NCBI GenBank assembly: GCA_951406725.2
Contig: OX597816.1
Span: 12,214,001-12,278,000 of the forward strand
Length of the DNA stretch: 64,000 bases
Direction: 5' to 3'
DNA from: Octopus vulgaris
Lineage: Eukaryota
A program made the position numbers and the translations under genes. This document shows, piece after piece, positions 12,300-24,614 of the stretch (the first letter of the stretch is position 1; the number at the start of each line of letters is the position of its first letter). The notes below the pieces were generated by a model that ran no database searches, was not told the DNA's origin, and saw nothing but the letters and a program-made list of their open reading frames with translations.

Positions 12300-12301
<2 letters not shown>
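12176..12301. mobile_element. Tc1/mariner-type palindromic MITE
   Basis: TA-cagggtgattcaaaagtcaccatacata ... tatgtatggcgacttttgaatcaccct; arms ~58 bp. Confidence 0.85.
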
Positions 12302-12359
<58 letters not shown>

Positions 12360-12366
<7 letters not shown>

Positions 12367-12655
12367 CCAGAGCAACAAACTGGTTTCCGTGCCAGTGGCA
12401 CGTAAAGAGCACCATTCGAGCATGATCGTTAATTGCATTGCCTTACTGGTACTTGTGCTGGTGGCATGTAAAAGGTACCCACTACACTTTTGGAGTGGTT
12501 AGCGTTAGGAAGGGCATCCAGCTGTAGAAACTCCGCCAGATCAGATTGGAGCCTGGTGCAGCCTTCTGGTTTGCCAGTCCTCAGTCAAATTGTCCAACCC
12601 ATGCTAGCATGGAAAGCGGACGTTAAAAGATGTTGGTGAAGATGATGATGATGAT
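12360..12655 (+). mobile_element. SINE-like family C (RTE-like tail ccatgctagcatggaaagcggacgttaaa(gat)n)
   Basis: gagtggttagcgttaggaagggcatccagctgtagaaac core and tail; >12 copies in the window. Confidence 0.85.
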
Positions 12656-12883
12656 ATATACATATGTGTGCATACACATTTACACATAGTAATTTAGCCT
12701 ATAATTGTTTCTAATAAATGCAATGAAATGTCAGTTTGCAGAATTGCTAATGTACCAGGCAATAGTGCTTAGCTGCATTTCATCCGTCTCTACGTTCTTG
12801 AGATCAAATGCTGCCAAGATGGACTTTGGATTTTTTGTCCTTTCAGGGTCAATAAAATAAGTCCCAGTTGAACACAGGAGTCA

Positions 12884-13142
12884 ATCATCATCATCATCAT
12901 AATCGTCGTCGTCGTCCTCATCGTCATCATCATCATCATCATTATCCTCATTGCCATTGTCATCATCATCATCGTCATGGTCATCATCATCATCATCATT
13001 CTCATCATCGTCATTCTCATCATCGTCATTGTCATCATCATCATCATCCTCATTGTCATCATCATCATTGTCATCGTCATCATCATCCTCATTGTCATCA
13101 TCTTCATCATCATCATCCTTGTCATAGTCATCATCATCATCC
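12884..13142. repeat. (CAT)n-derived microsatellite
   Basis: Direct reading. Confidence 0.95.
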
Positions 13143-13549
13143 TTGTTGTAGCTTAACATCCGTTTTACCATGCTGGCATGGGTTGGAAAGTTTGACAAGG
13201 GCTGGCCAGCAAGGATCTGTTGATGTAAGCAATTAACACCCTCCCTCTGAAGCGCTGGCCTCATGCAAAAATTTAAAACCTTTATAAGCAGCAAAACCAG
13301 AAACTTGGGGGACGTGTATCAGGGGATTACAAGGATCAGAGTATATGGCCGTTGTTTCGTTTTATTGGCCATTTACTGGATGGGGCCCAGAATGTCTGTG
13401 CACAGAGAACCTGGCCCAGGCCAGGTGTACATGCAGTGATCTGTCATGGAGCTCATTATGCCTGTGGGTATGTGGCCATGGAAAATCTACCTCAGTGATT
13501 TACATCTGAGCCATGCAAGCCTGGAAAAAATGAAAGTGGAAGCCAAGAT

Positions 13550-14125
13550 TATGATGATGACAGTGATGATGATGATGTTGGGGTAGCAATGATGATGTTG
13601 CCAATGGATATGATGATGGAGATGATCATGATGGTGGTGGTGGTGATGGTGGTGATGATGATGATGATGGTGGTACAGGTGGAGATGAAGATGATGGTGG
13701 TGGTGGTGATGATGATAGGATGGTGATGGTGATCATGACAATGATGATGGTGGGAGAGATGATGATGATGACGATGGTGGTGGTGGTAATGATGATGATG
13801 GTGATACAGATGGAGATGATGAAGATGATCATGGCAGTGGTGGTGATGATGATGATGCTAGGATAGTGATGGTGATGATGGTGTTGGTGATGATCATGAC
13901 AACGGTGATGGTAGGAGAGATGATGATGATGATGATGACGATGATGATGATGACGGTGGTGATGATGACGGTGGTGATGATGATGATGATGGCAGTGGTG
14001 ATGGTGATAATAATGATGGTGATGATGATGATAGCATGGTGATAGTGATGATGGTGTTGCTGATGGTGAACATGACAATGGTGATGGTGAGAGAGATGAT
14101 GATGATGATGCTGATGATGATGATG
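13550..14125. repeat. (GAT/GGT)n low-complexity tract
   Basis: Direct reading. Confidence 0.95.
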
Positions 14126-15097
14126 TATGTCTTCTATCTGTATTTTCTCTTTTTTTTTTCCTTAGCGTTCCCAAATATCTCTTCCTTTCTGCCCATTCCA
14201 CTCTTTCCACCACACGAGGTTAAACACACAACGTATATTCGCATCCATTGTCCTTCATTGCAAAATATCTCAGTTTGTCTTCTTCCTACAGCATCTCGTA
14301 ACCAAACAAGCCATCATTTATTATTCTCCAATGTTATCTTGTACACCACAAATATATAACATATTGCATTTATTAAGCAAGGCAACTTTTGAACTTTTTC
14401 ATATATCAAGCTGAAAATATATGACCTGACCCTTTCTGGGTTCCTGCTCTTCGTAAAAGGATTATATCAACTCAAATTCTAGCTTAACATCAATTGTACT
14501 CTGTTATCGAAATGGTTGATGGCTTTCTCGGAAAATCTTATTTGAGACTGTGATATTTATTAATGAGATAAGACTTTAATGTAGAAGTGTGTTAAACCCA
14601 TAGCTCTCGCAGTGCCAACCTGGGTTCTATATTCGCATGAATATATTACAAAATGCAATGGATTTATTTGTGGTTAATGAGAACAATCTGATTGGTTTCG
14701 AGAATTTGTAATATATTTCTTATGGTAATATGAAATATATTGCAAATATCTACGATGTTATATTAAGGAAAGTTTTCTAAAGCTGCTAGTCCATTGATAT
14801 TAAAATTCAAAGCCTATAATTCATGAATAAAATATTATAGGCTTTGAATTGGTTGGCCAACTGATAAACCATTCAACCAACCAGTAGTCTTAAGATAAGT
14901 AAAGAATTAATACATTTTGAAAATATTTTAAATGTAATATTGGAAAGTTCTGACTGTTATAACTAATATAATAATAGTATTTTTCATGGTAAGTTCTTGG
15001 TTGTCACGAACAAAGTTATTTCTGTGTTTCTTAATGTTGTTTTTCTCATTTATTAGCAGCGGCTTGGTTCGATTTTTGCAAAATAAAGATATTGTAG

Positions 15098-15500
15098 ACA
15101 GGCATAGCTGTGTGGTAAGAAGCTTGCTGTTCAACCACATGGTTCCCAGATCAGTTCCACTGCATGGCACCTTGGGCAGGTGTCTTTCTGCTTTAGCCTC
15201 GAGCTGAGCAAAGCCTTGTGAGTGGATTTGGTAGACAGAAACTGAAAGAAGCCTAAGGTGGTGAGCTGGCATAAACGTTAGCACACCGGGTGAAATGCTT
15301 TGTGGTATTTCGTTCGCCATTGCATTCTGAGTTTAAATTCTATCAAGGTCAACTTTGTCTTTCATCCATTCGGGGTCGATAAATTAAGTACCAGTTATGC
15401 ACTGGAGTCGATGTAATCCGTTTGTCTGTCCTTGTTTGTCCCCTCTATGTTTAGCCCCTTGTGGGCAATAAAGAAATAAGAAACTGAAAGAAGCCTGTTT
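15098..15500 (+). mobile_element. SINE A 5' part with a SINE B (15255..15480) inserted at its end
   Basis: agaaactgaaagaagcct is duplicated on both sides of the B copy. Confidence 0.8.
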
Positions 15501-15639
15501 TACATCATCATTGTTTAATGTCTGCCTTCCATGCTGGCATGGGTTGGACGGTTTGACAGGGGCTGGCCAGGCAGGAGCCTGCACCAAACTTCTGTATCTC
15601 TTCTGGTAGGGTTTTTATCGCAGAATGCCTTCCTAACAA

Positions 15640-16566
15640 TAGGGTTCATATCTGGTGATATGGGTTCATATTTGGCCATGGAAGGTTTTTAATGTTATTC
15701 TTTTCCAACCAATCTTGGGTCTTTTTAGCTGTGTGACAAGGATCCCCATCTTCCATAAATAAAGAGTCTTGAGAAGATTGGAAATAGTCCTTTCTGCAAC
15801 ATGGACACATATTTATCTGAGTTTATGTTTCCCTCATACCCCACCAGCTCTGATTGAGCATTGCTCCAAATTGCTCCCCAGACCACCACAGAATAGCTGC
15901 CTTGTTTCATTGTTGGCTGCAATCTTTCCATGCCAAATTCTTGATCACAGTCTCCAGACCCACACTTGACCACTCTCAGAAAATACAGCAAATCTGGACT
16001 TATCAGACAATATGATAGTGTCCTAAAATGCTAGCGGCCACTCTATCATTGCATTGGCCCAATCTTTTCTCCACTTGATATTGGCTGGTTGAAGAAGTGG
16101 CTTTATTTTTGCTGCTCTGCCGTAATAACCAAGTTTGTGGAGATACCTGACAGCTGTTTTGGGACTGACGCTATGTTAGAAGCCTTGCAATGAGGATTAT
16201 CCTCCACACTTCACTTAACAAAGCAAAAGGTCCAGTCAGAGGCCCCTGGTCAACCTGGGAAAAGTGATGGGGACTCCTTCCCTTCTCTGGTGAATTGCAC
16301 AATCCCCCTCTTAACTGTAGAAAGCGGGATCCCAAAGTTTTCTGCAATTTTACACTAAGTCCACCTTCAGACTGACCCACAGTATGGCCACTTTGAAATT
16401 TGGACAGTTCCAAGTCTTGTTTTTTATGTGGCATGATTAAACAGTCATATATAGAATCTGAAACATAAAGACGTCCATTAATAAAAAAATATAAACCTTT
16501 TCAAGTTAAAACAAACATAAAACAATGTTGTTTTATGGGGGTGTCTATTTACTTCTGTCATGTGTG
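15640..16566 (-). mobile_element. Tc1-family transposon fossil
   Basis: MPHKKQDLELSKFQSGHTVG N-terminus; QPTMKQGSYSVVVWGAIW...EGNINSDKYVSMLQ matches the Tc1 PTVKHGGGSVMVWG motif; TIR-like cacatgacagaagtaaatagacacccc at ~16537..16564; frameshifts. Confidence 0.88.
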
Positions 16567-16581
16567 TGTGCGTGTATGTTT

Positions 16582-16839
16582 ATATCGTTGCTATTATGTA
16601 AAAGTGTCATAAGTCCAAAACATTGCTTTTTCAGAAAATGAAAAAAATAGTTTTACCATTTCATAGCAAAACTGTTGTACTATATTTTGATAATTTTTAA
16701 TATCTTGTCATCAGAAGCAGATGGAGATACGATAGTTTGACCAAAAGAACTGGCCATTGCAAGCAGAAATTTAAATATTGGAAAAGAAGCATTTGGCAAA
16801 ATGTGGACATAGAACAGTTTAACATAATAGCAACGATAT
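16582..16839. mobile_element. non-autonomous TIR element (unclassified), copy 1
   Basis: TIR atatcgttgctattatgt...acataatagcaacgatat; longer inverted copy at 52238..52638. Confidence 0.7.
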
Positions 16840-16908
16840 GTATATATAGATATATATATGCACATACACACATATATGTATATACATACATAAAAATATA
16901 TATCTATA

Positions 16909-16948
<40 letters not shown>

Positions 16949-16953
<5 letters not shown>

Positions 16954-17262
16954 AATGAAATGAAAAACAAGGAAAGCTTTTCACACAGCTTAAAAGTTTG
17001 AAAAAAAACCCTTTATATTTCGAGTGCAAAGGCCAATCTTCAGAAGAATATAGTCAAAGAAATATGTTTATATAAATCCTGCCATTTTGGATAGCCAGGG
17101 TCACTGTCCATCTGGCTATCCAAAATAGCAGGATCTATGTAAACATATATTTCTTTGACTGTATTCATCTGAAGATTGGCCTTTGCACTCGAAATATAAA
17201 GGGATTTTTTTTTCAAACTTTCTGCATTGAGAGAAGCTTTCCTTACTTCTTTTCATTTATTA
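16949..17262. mobile_element. fold-back element with a hammerhead-like motif in each arm
   Basis: About 150-bp inverted arms; CTGAAGA (17169..17175)..GAAA-TA-TA (17191..17198), mirrored at ~17013..17045. Confidence 0.65.
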
Positions 17263-17382
17263 TTCTACTTCTGTGCTACAAGGCTTCAAGCAAACTATAA
17301 CGCTCTTCATATGTGTGTGTGTGTATGTGTGAATATGTATGAATGTGTGTGCATGTGTGTATCTCTACAGATAAATAGATAT

Positions 17383-17444
<62 letters not shown>

Positions 17445-17687
17445 GCCATAAGCTTCTATAAAATACCATTATTAATATTTACAGGATTGTAAAATACAGC
17501 ACCATATACCAAAACCATTCCCACCGAAAGCAGATATCATCATCATCGTTTAACGTCCGCTAGCATGGAAAGCGGACGTTAAACGATGATGATGATATCT
17601 GCTTTCGGTGGGAATGGTTTTGGTATATGGTGCTGTATTTTACAATCCTGTAAATATTAATAATGGTATTTTATAGAAGCTTATGGC
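17445..17687. repeat. perfect 117-bp inverted repeat with 9-nt spacer
   Basis: 17445..17561 is the reverse complement of 17571..17687; no mismatch seen by eye. Confidence 0.9.
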
Positions 17688-18321
17688 GATCACCATGCAA
17701 TGACTAAGGCATATAGTCTAATAAAGGGGCATATAAGCCCTCGACAGAAAAAAGGGTTTTCTATCAGCGTGGGAGGCGAACCACATCTCTTTGTTAACAT
17801 GACTAAGTGTGTTACCTTTACACCAGCAAATCAGCCTCCCTTTTCCTGTCAAATTTAAGAACTATAATAGTTTGTGTTTGTGTTTTTATTTGTAAACAAA
17901 CTTTCTATATGCTTTCATTGAAAATGGTTTTTATACGGTGCCGTTTTTACAATCCTGTAGATAATAATGATGGTATTTTTATATAAGCTTAAAGCTTCTG
18001 GCGATCTCCATGCTGTGACTAAGGAAAATAGTTTAATAAAGGGGCATATAAGCCCTTGACAGAAAAAAAGGCTTTCTTATATACATCATGTATAGTGAGA
18101 CAGGATTGCATTATATTTGACATACCAGCGATAGTCTGTACATGCTTTGAACCCAAATGTCTACAGGGTTTCAAGAACAACAAATATACATATATAGACA
18201 TCCATCCATCCATCCATATATATATATATATATATATAAGGATAAGATCGTTAATTTAAAAAGAAAATAACCATTTTATCAAGTGGTCAGCATGGAAAGA
18301 ATAACCTTCAAAGGTAATAAT

Positions 18322-18634
18322 TATTAAAATTATGAATTAGGGTATGTATGAGATACTACTATGCTGAAAATAGCAGCCATGATCTGACTCTAAAACCATC
18401 TTAATTGTCCATATGTCAACATGGAGAGAAAACAAAGAGGCAAAGCATTCCTAAATGCAAAGTCAGAAATCCGGGATCTAGAATTATCCAATAATTTTTT
18501 TCTAGTTTCATTTTGTCTCTTTGTTTTCTCTCCGTGTTGATATATGGACAATTAAGGTGGTTTTAGAGTCAGATCATGGCTGTTATTTTCAGCATGGTGG
18601 TATCTTGTAGATACCCTAATTTATAATTTTAATA
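18322..18634. mobile_element. fold-back element with the 3' half of a hammerhead-like motif in the spacer
   Basis: About 120-bp inverted arms; spacer GAAA-TCCGGGA-TC at 18466..18478. Confidence 0.6.
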
Positions 18635-19012
18635 GGAGTGGCTGTGTGGTAAGTAGCTTGCTTACCAACCACATGGTTCCGGGTTCAGTCCCACTGCGTG
18701 GCACCTCGGGCCCACCAAAGCCTTGTGAGTGGATTTGGTAGACGGAAACTGAAAGAAGCCTGTCGTATATATGTATATATATATATATATGTGTGTTTGT
18801 GTGTGTGTGTGTTTGTGTCTGTGTTTTTTCCCCCAACATCGCTTGATAACTGATGCTGGTGTGTTTACATCCCCGTAACTTAGCGGTTCGGCAAAAGAGA
18901 TTGATAGAATAAGTACTAGGCTTACAAAGAATAAGTCCTGGGGTCGATTTGCACAACTAAAGGCAGTGCTCCAGTATGGCCGCACTCAAATGACTGAAAC
19001 GAGTAAAAGAGT
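18634..19012 (+). mobile_element. SINE family A (small internal deletion)
   Basis: Family A sequence lacking the ttgggcaagtgtctt block. Confidence 0.9.
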
Positions 19013-19013
19013 A

Positions 19014-19061
<48 letters not shown>

Positions 19062-19068
19062 ATGTATG

Positions 19069-19121
<53 letters not shown>

Positions 19122-19559
19122 GTACATACATACACACATACATATTTATAATATTTATATAAACACACATATTACAAGGTTGTGTATGTGTGTCTGTCTG
19201 TCTGTCTATCTATCTCTCTATACATGCATTTGCGTACACGTGTCCATCATGCAATTAACTCGGCTATCCAGTAAGAACAATTAACAACATCTAAAGCAGC
19301 TGTTCACTTCCCATTGGTACATTGTTTAATGAGTAATACCACGAAGAAACATCGACGTAAAACTACAAAAGACCAAGGGACATTTATGATGATGTTTTGT
19401 ATAAAAATCAATGGCCATCTTCTGTTGTGTACCACTTAGATATTGATATGGCCATCATATCCTAATTATAAATAGAGGCTGCTTCTTATCACGAGGAGAT
19501 TTTACATTTACTTCTCTTAATTATGTGCAGCATGAATATCAGGTCTAGCATGCTAAGTG

Positions 19560-19942
19560 ACGACGATGATAATAATGATAATAATAATAATAATAATAAT
19601 AATGATAATAATAATAGTAATCATAATAATAATAATAGTAATCATAATAATAATAAGAATAATCAAAATAATGATGATAATAATAATAATAATAATAATT
19701 ATAATACTAATAATAATAATAATAATAATAATAATGGTGAGTAACAAAAATGATAGTAATTGTAATAACAATAACAATGATAGTAATGGTGATAAAAATT
19801 GTAATGATAATAACGAAGAATAATAATAATAATGATAATAATAATAGTAATAACAGTAATAATATCAACAACAACAATAATAATAGCAATGATAACAGCA
19901 ATAGTAACAATAACTGTAACGACAACAACAGCAATGATGATG

Positions 19943-19981
<39 letters not shown>

Positions 19982-20132
19982 GTAGTAGTAGTAGTAGTTA
20001 TAATAACAACAACAATAACAAAATAACAGTACTAATAGTAACAACAAAGATAATAGCAATGATAACAACAATAATAATAACAATGATAATAATAACAATG
20101 ATAATAGTAATAACAATGATAATAATAACAAC

Positions 20133-20181
<49 letters not shown>

Positions 20182-20310
20182 TGATAATAATAATAATAAC
20201 AATAATAATAATAATAATAATAATAACAACAATAATAATAATAACAATAATAATAACAATAACAATAATAATAATAACAATAATAATAATAATAATAATA
20301 ATAACAATGA
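19560..20310. repeat. (AAT)n-dominated microsatellite
   Basis: Direct reading. Confidence 0.95.
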
Positions 20311-20797
20311 TATATTAATAATAACTATCAATTTAAATGTCTGTGTTGTATTACATAAAGATATCTCGCTAGTGCTCCTGCCACTTCTCCCCACCTCCCA
20401 AGCTTTCAGTCATACTGTAACATATCTCTCTTATCCTTCACTCACCCTAGGATGCTGGGTGTGTCTCCAGCAAGTGATTGTAACAAAAGTGCAAATTAAA
20501 AGTAATAATAATAATAATAATAGCAAAACTGATGACAACGATGATGGTAGTGCTGCAACAAGCTTGTCCAGTTGTAAGCTGTTTTAATTACATGCTGTTC
20601 AACATGTCAGCTATTGGTTTGGTGATTGATACACTTTAGCACAATTATCAACAAACAGTTTTCAACGGGGTGGAGGTGCAGTGTGGAGGGAAACAATACA
20701 CAGACGCAATAGAAGCTTGGAATTAAATATCATTTAATATTTCATTTGGTTTGTTTTTTGTCCTGATTCTGAAATTTTTAGAATATTTAACTTGTTT

Positions 20798-21160
20798 TCA
20801 TCATCATCATCATTATCGTCATTTAATGTCTGCTTTCCTCTGCTGGCATGGGTTAGGCGCTTTGACTGAGGACTGACTGGCAAACCAGATGGTTGCATCA
20901 GGCTCCAATCTGATCTGGCAAGGTTTCTAAAGCTGGATGCCCTTCCTAGTGCCAACCACTCCAAGAATGTAGTGGGTGTTTTTTACGTCCTACCGGAATG
21001 GGGCCCAATCAGGCAGCACTGGCATCAATCACACTAGAATGGTGCTTTTTACCTGCTACCAGAACAGGGGTCAATCAGACGGCACTAGCATCGACCATGC
21101 TGAAATAGTACTTTTACATACCACCAGAACAGGGGCCAGTCAGATGGCACTGGCATCAGC
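20798..21160 (-). mobile_element. SINE-like family C
   Basis: Reverse-complement tail, core, and degenerate 66-bp internal units. Confidence 0.8.
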
Positions 21161-22224
21161 CGTCCAAGAATTTTGACCTGGAGATTTCTATTTTCAGCGA
21201 CTTTGAGGGCCACCTCCCAGTGGTGTCGGGCATCAACGAAGAGCCCTCAAACTACAAGACGACCAAAGTTTTTTCTTTTTTCCAAGGTCTGGGGTCTCCC
21301 ACCTCTAAGCCCTAGCCCATCACCTAATCACCCTTATCCATCTTGTTACTTAACAACAACAACAACAACAACAACACTGGCATCAACCATGCTCGAATGG
21401 TACTTTTTACATGCTACCAGCACAGGAACCAGTCAGGTGGCACCGGAATTGCCCATGCTTGAATGGTGCTGTTTCTGTGCCAGTGCCATGCAAAAGTCAC
21501 CGGTGCTGGTGCCACATAAAAACACTTGTTCTGGTTCCCCATGCATAATACCCATACTGGCATCACATAAAACGTACCCTTGCTTTTGTTGCATAAAAAA
21601 TGAATCTGTGCTGAGACACCAGTGATAAAGTATGTGCCTAAGAAAGAAATCAGTCTTGAAGTATTGTCATATTGGTCTTCATCCTCATCATCATCATCAA
21701 TCATCATTTAATTTCGGTCTTCCTTGCTGCTGTGGCTTTGATGGTTTGACATGGGCTAACAGGTCAGAGGGCTGCACCAGGTTCTAATCATCTGTTTTTG
21801 CGTCGTTTCTATGGCTGGATGTCCCTTGTAATACCAAGCACCTTACAGAGTGTACTGGGTGCCTTGTATGTGGGGACCAATACTGGTTGCTTATAGATGG
21901 GGCCAGCATGGGTGCTTTTTACATGGTGCCATCTCATATGCTTTTAATGTGGTGCCAGCATGCGTTCTTTCCATGTGGCACTAGCACATGTAGGAAATAG
22001 TTCTTTTCAGAAGTCAAAGGAAACATATCATTAATATATTAAGTGAACTTGGTAGTTGTTTAATAATAATTACTTCTATGAATTCAAATTCCTCCGAGGT
22101 CCATTTGGGGGTCAATAAATTAAGTACCAGTTGTGTATTGGGGTCGATCTAATCAACTGGCCCCGTCCCTAAATATTTCGGTCCTTGTGCCTAGAGTAGA
22201 AAAGCATAATAGTTACTTCTATTG

Positions 22225-22590
22225 CTGCTGTATGGAATTGAAACCTAGACAGTCTATATGCCCAGGTAGACAAGCTACATGGATATATGAGAACATTGTG
22301 CTAAATAAAGAATATCAGTCTGACAACTTCTGGAAAGAATAGATCTTAGAGCATGCTGGTCTGCCTCCTATGAGAAAAATCCTCATTATCAGAAATGTAC
22401 ATTGGTTGGGACATGTACACAGGATATACAACAGCTGTACATAGTCGCTTTGCTATGGAGTTGTATAATGCTGAAACCTGGACAATCTATAAAGCTCAAA
22501 TAGACAAGTTACATGAGACAGCTGTGACAAATTATGAATATGTTGTCATTCTTACACAGAAATGGAAAGGCAGTTGTCTGGGTTGTCAAC
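22225..22590 (+). mobile_element. RTE/BovB-like LINE 3' ORF remnants (two partially duplicated pieces)
   Basis: LLYGIET*TVY, ILEHAGLPPMRKILIIRNVHWLGHVHR, then LYNAETWTIYKAQIDKLH. Confidence 0.7.
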
Positions 22591-22904
22591 ATTTTGGCTG
22601 ATATATGCATGGGTTGGACGGTTCGACTGGGGTCTGGGAAGCCAGGAGGCTGCACCAAGCCCCAATCTGATCTGGCAGTGTTTCTACAGCTGGATGCCTT
22701 TCCTAACGCCAAACACTCTGAGAGTGTACTGGGTGCTTTTTACATGCCACAGGGGCCAGAGGAGCTGGCATCGACTACAATCAGATGGTACTTTTTACAT
22801 GCCACCGGCACAGGGGCCAGAGGAGCTGGCATCGACTACAATTAGATGGTGCTTTCTACATTCCACCAGCATGGAAGCCAGTCGAATTGGTACTGGCATC
22901 ATTC

Positions 22905-23077
22905 TTTTCTTCTTTGCAAAGTCTTTGAACAGATCCTCAAAATTAATCCCAAATATTATTTTAGCAAGATTAAAGTAATTTCTTTTGTGCTGTAGACCAT
23001 TTACCATTTCTGTGGCGCCTCACTTTCCTTGGTGCCCTAAACACGTGCTTATTTTGCTCAATGGTTAGTCCAGTGCT
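22905..23077. mobile_element. partial copy of the hAT-type MITE at 35410..35832
   Basis: Shared ttcttttgtgctgtagaccatttaccatttctgtgg and right end ggttagtccagtgctg. Confidence 0.7.
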
Positions 23078-23352
23078 GCAGTAATATAATAGATGCCATT
23101 TGGTTTACTGTAAGATATTATAGCATTACATTTGATATTGTGCTTATTGTCAAAAACATATTTGATATATACATCATTTTATAAATATTTTATCACATAC
23201 TTGTGTTTACCTAATGGGGAATAAATTCTGGAGAAACAACAATATTCTAATTAACCAGTTAGATATCCTGTCAGCAGCAACGCCAAGGAAATTTCGTTTT
23301 CAATGTGACATTAATTTCTTCATTTTTATCATCAATGACAAGGAAAAAAGAC

Positions 23353-23450
23353 TTATAAAAATAAATATATAAAAATATATAAAAATAAATATATAAATGA
23401 AACAATGTTGATGATTCCTATCAGCAGCATATTTGTGATAGGTTTGTCAT
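23353..23450 (-). CDS. candidate terminal coding exon with a hydrophobic C-terminus (unknown gene)
   Basis: Acceptor ttttttttttcttataacag|; phase 1 gives YDKPITNMLLIGIINIVSFIYLFLYIFIYLFL*. No homology recognised. Confidence 0.35.
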
Positions 23451-23558
23451 CTGTTATAAGAAAAAAAAAAAAGAAAAAATTCAAGTCAAATACAAGGAAA
23501 ATATCAATAACAAAGTACAAAGCGAAAAATTACAAAAACACCAATAAATGAATCTTAC

Positions 23559-23618
23559 AATCTTCAGACATTTGGCACCCTTTCTCGTTCTGTATTTCAC
23601 TAATTAGTTCCACATTAT
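23559..23618 (-). CDS. candidate 60-bp phase-1/1 coding exon (unknown gene)
   Basis: tttttgctcag|AT AAT GTG...GAA GAT T|gtaagat = NVELISEIQNEKGCQMSED; a 108-bp intron joins it in frame to 23450. Confidence 0.4.
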
Positions 23619-24207
23619 CTGAGCAAAAACTTTAAAGGAGACAATTCCAAGGAAGACAGAGACATTTTGACATTTCCAGTCTTATTTTATAATTTTATAG
23701 ATATTGGCTTCAGATTTCTTAATATGATATATTTCTCTAAAAACACATATATTACTCGTTAGTTTTATTATAGATTTCAATTTGATAAGCAGATATTCAT
23801 TTCATCCTCTTCAGCCTCATAAAGATTACTTCCTGTTCTCTTAATAAAACTAAGTTTGAAGAAAATTTCATAGTTTCTAAGTATGATTCTAATATTAAAT
23901 TAATAGTTAGGGTGGCGAGATGGTAGAACCGTTTGCATGTCGGGCAAAATGCCAAGTGGAATTTTGTCTGTTTTTATGTTCTGAGTTCAAATTCCATTGA
24001 GGTCGACTTTAACTTTCGCCCTTTTGGGGTCAACAAAATAAATACCTGTTGTATAGTGGCATCGATGTAATCAACTAGCCCTCTCCCCAAAATGCTGGTC
24101 TGTGGTTATGACATGTAAAAAGCACCATTCGAACATGGTTGATGCCAGTGCTGCCTGACTGACACCTGTGCTTATGACATGTAAAAAGCACTCCCTAGAG
24201 TATTGTC

Positions 24208-24614
24208 GGTGCTTTTTACATGCCACCAGCATGGGAGCCAGTCAGGCAGCACTGGCATTGACCATGCTCAAATGGTGCTTTTTATGTGCCACAAGCATGG
24301 GAGCCTGTCAGGCGGCACTTGTATTGACTATGCTCAAATGGTGCTTTTTACATGCCACCAGTATGGGCGCCAGTAAGGCGGCACTGACATTGGCCATGCT
24401 CAAAAGGTGCTTTTTACATGCCACCAGTATGGGAGCCAGTCAGGCGGCACTGGCATTGACCATGCTCAAATGGTGCTTTTTACGTGCCACAAGCATGGGG
24501 GCCTGTCAGGCGGCACTTGTATTGACCATGCTCAAATGGTGCTTTTTACATGCCACCAGTATGGGCGCCAGTCACGCGGCACTGGCATTGGCCATGCTCA
24601 AAAGGTGCTTTTTT
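24208..24614. repeat. 66-bp tandem repeat x6 (SINE-C internal unit) with 3-unit higher-order structure
   Basis: Unit tggtgctttttacatgccaccagtatgggagccagtcaggcggcactggcattgaccatgctcaaa; visible as the 22-aa repeat in ORF 24168..24644. Confidence 0.9.

Noticed and set aside
14166-14392. Plus-strand exon after a strong pyrimidine tract
   Set aside because: No recognisable product, no clear donor, and no partner exon.
7241-20394. Long ORFs rich in H, L, I, M, D, N or S/L/V/C (e.g. 8883..9797, 10361..10999, 7281..8072)
   Set aside because: They are translations of tri- and tetranucleotide microsatellites.
23758-23832. Additional minus-strand exon (SNLYEAEEDE...)
   Set aside because: Needs a 1-bp insertion to stay in frame, and the acceptor is weak.
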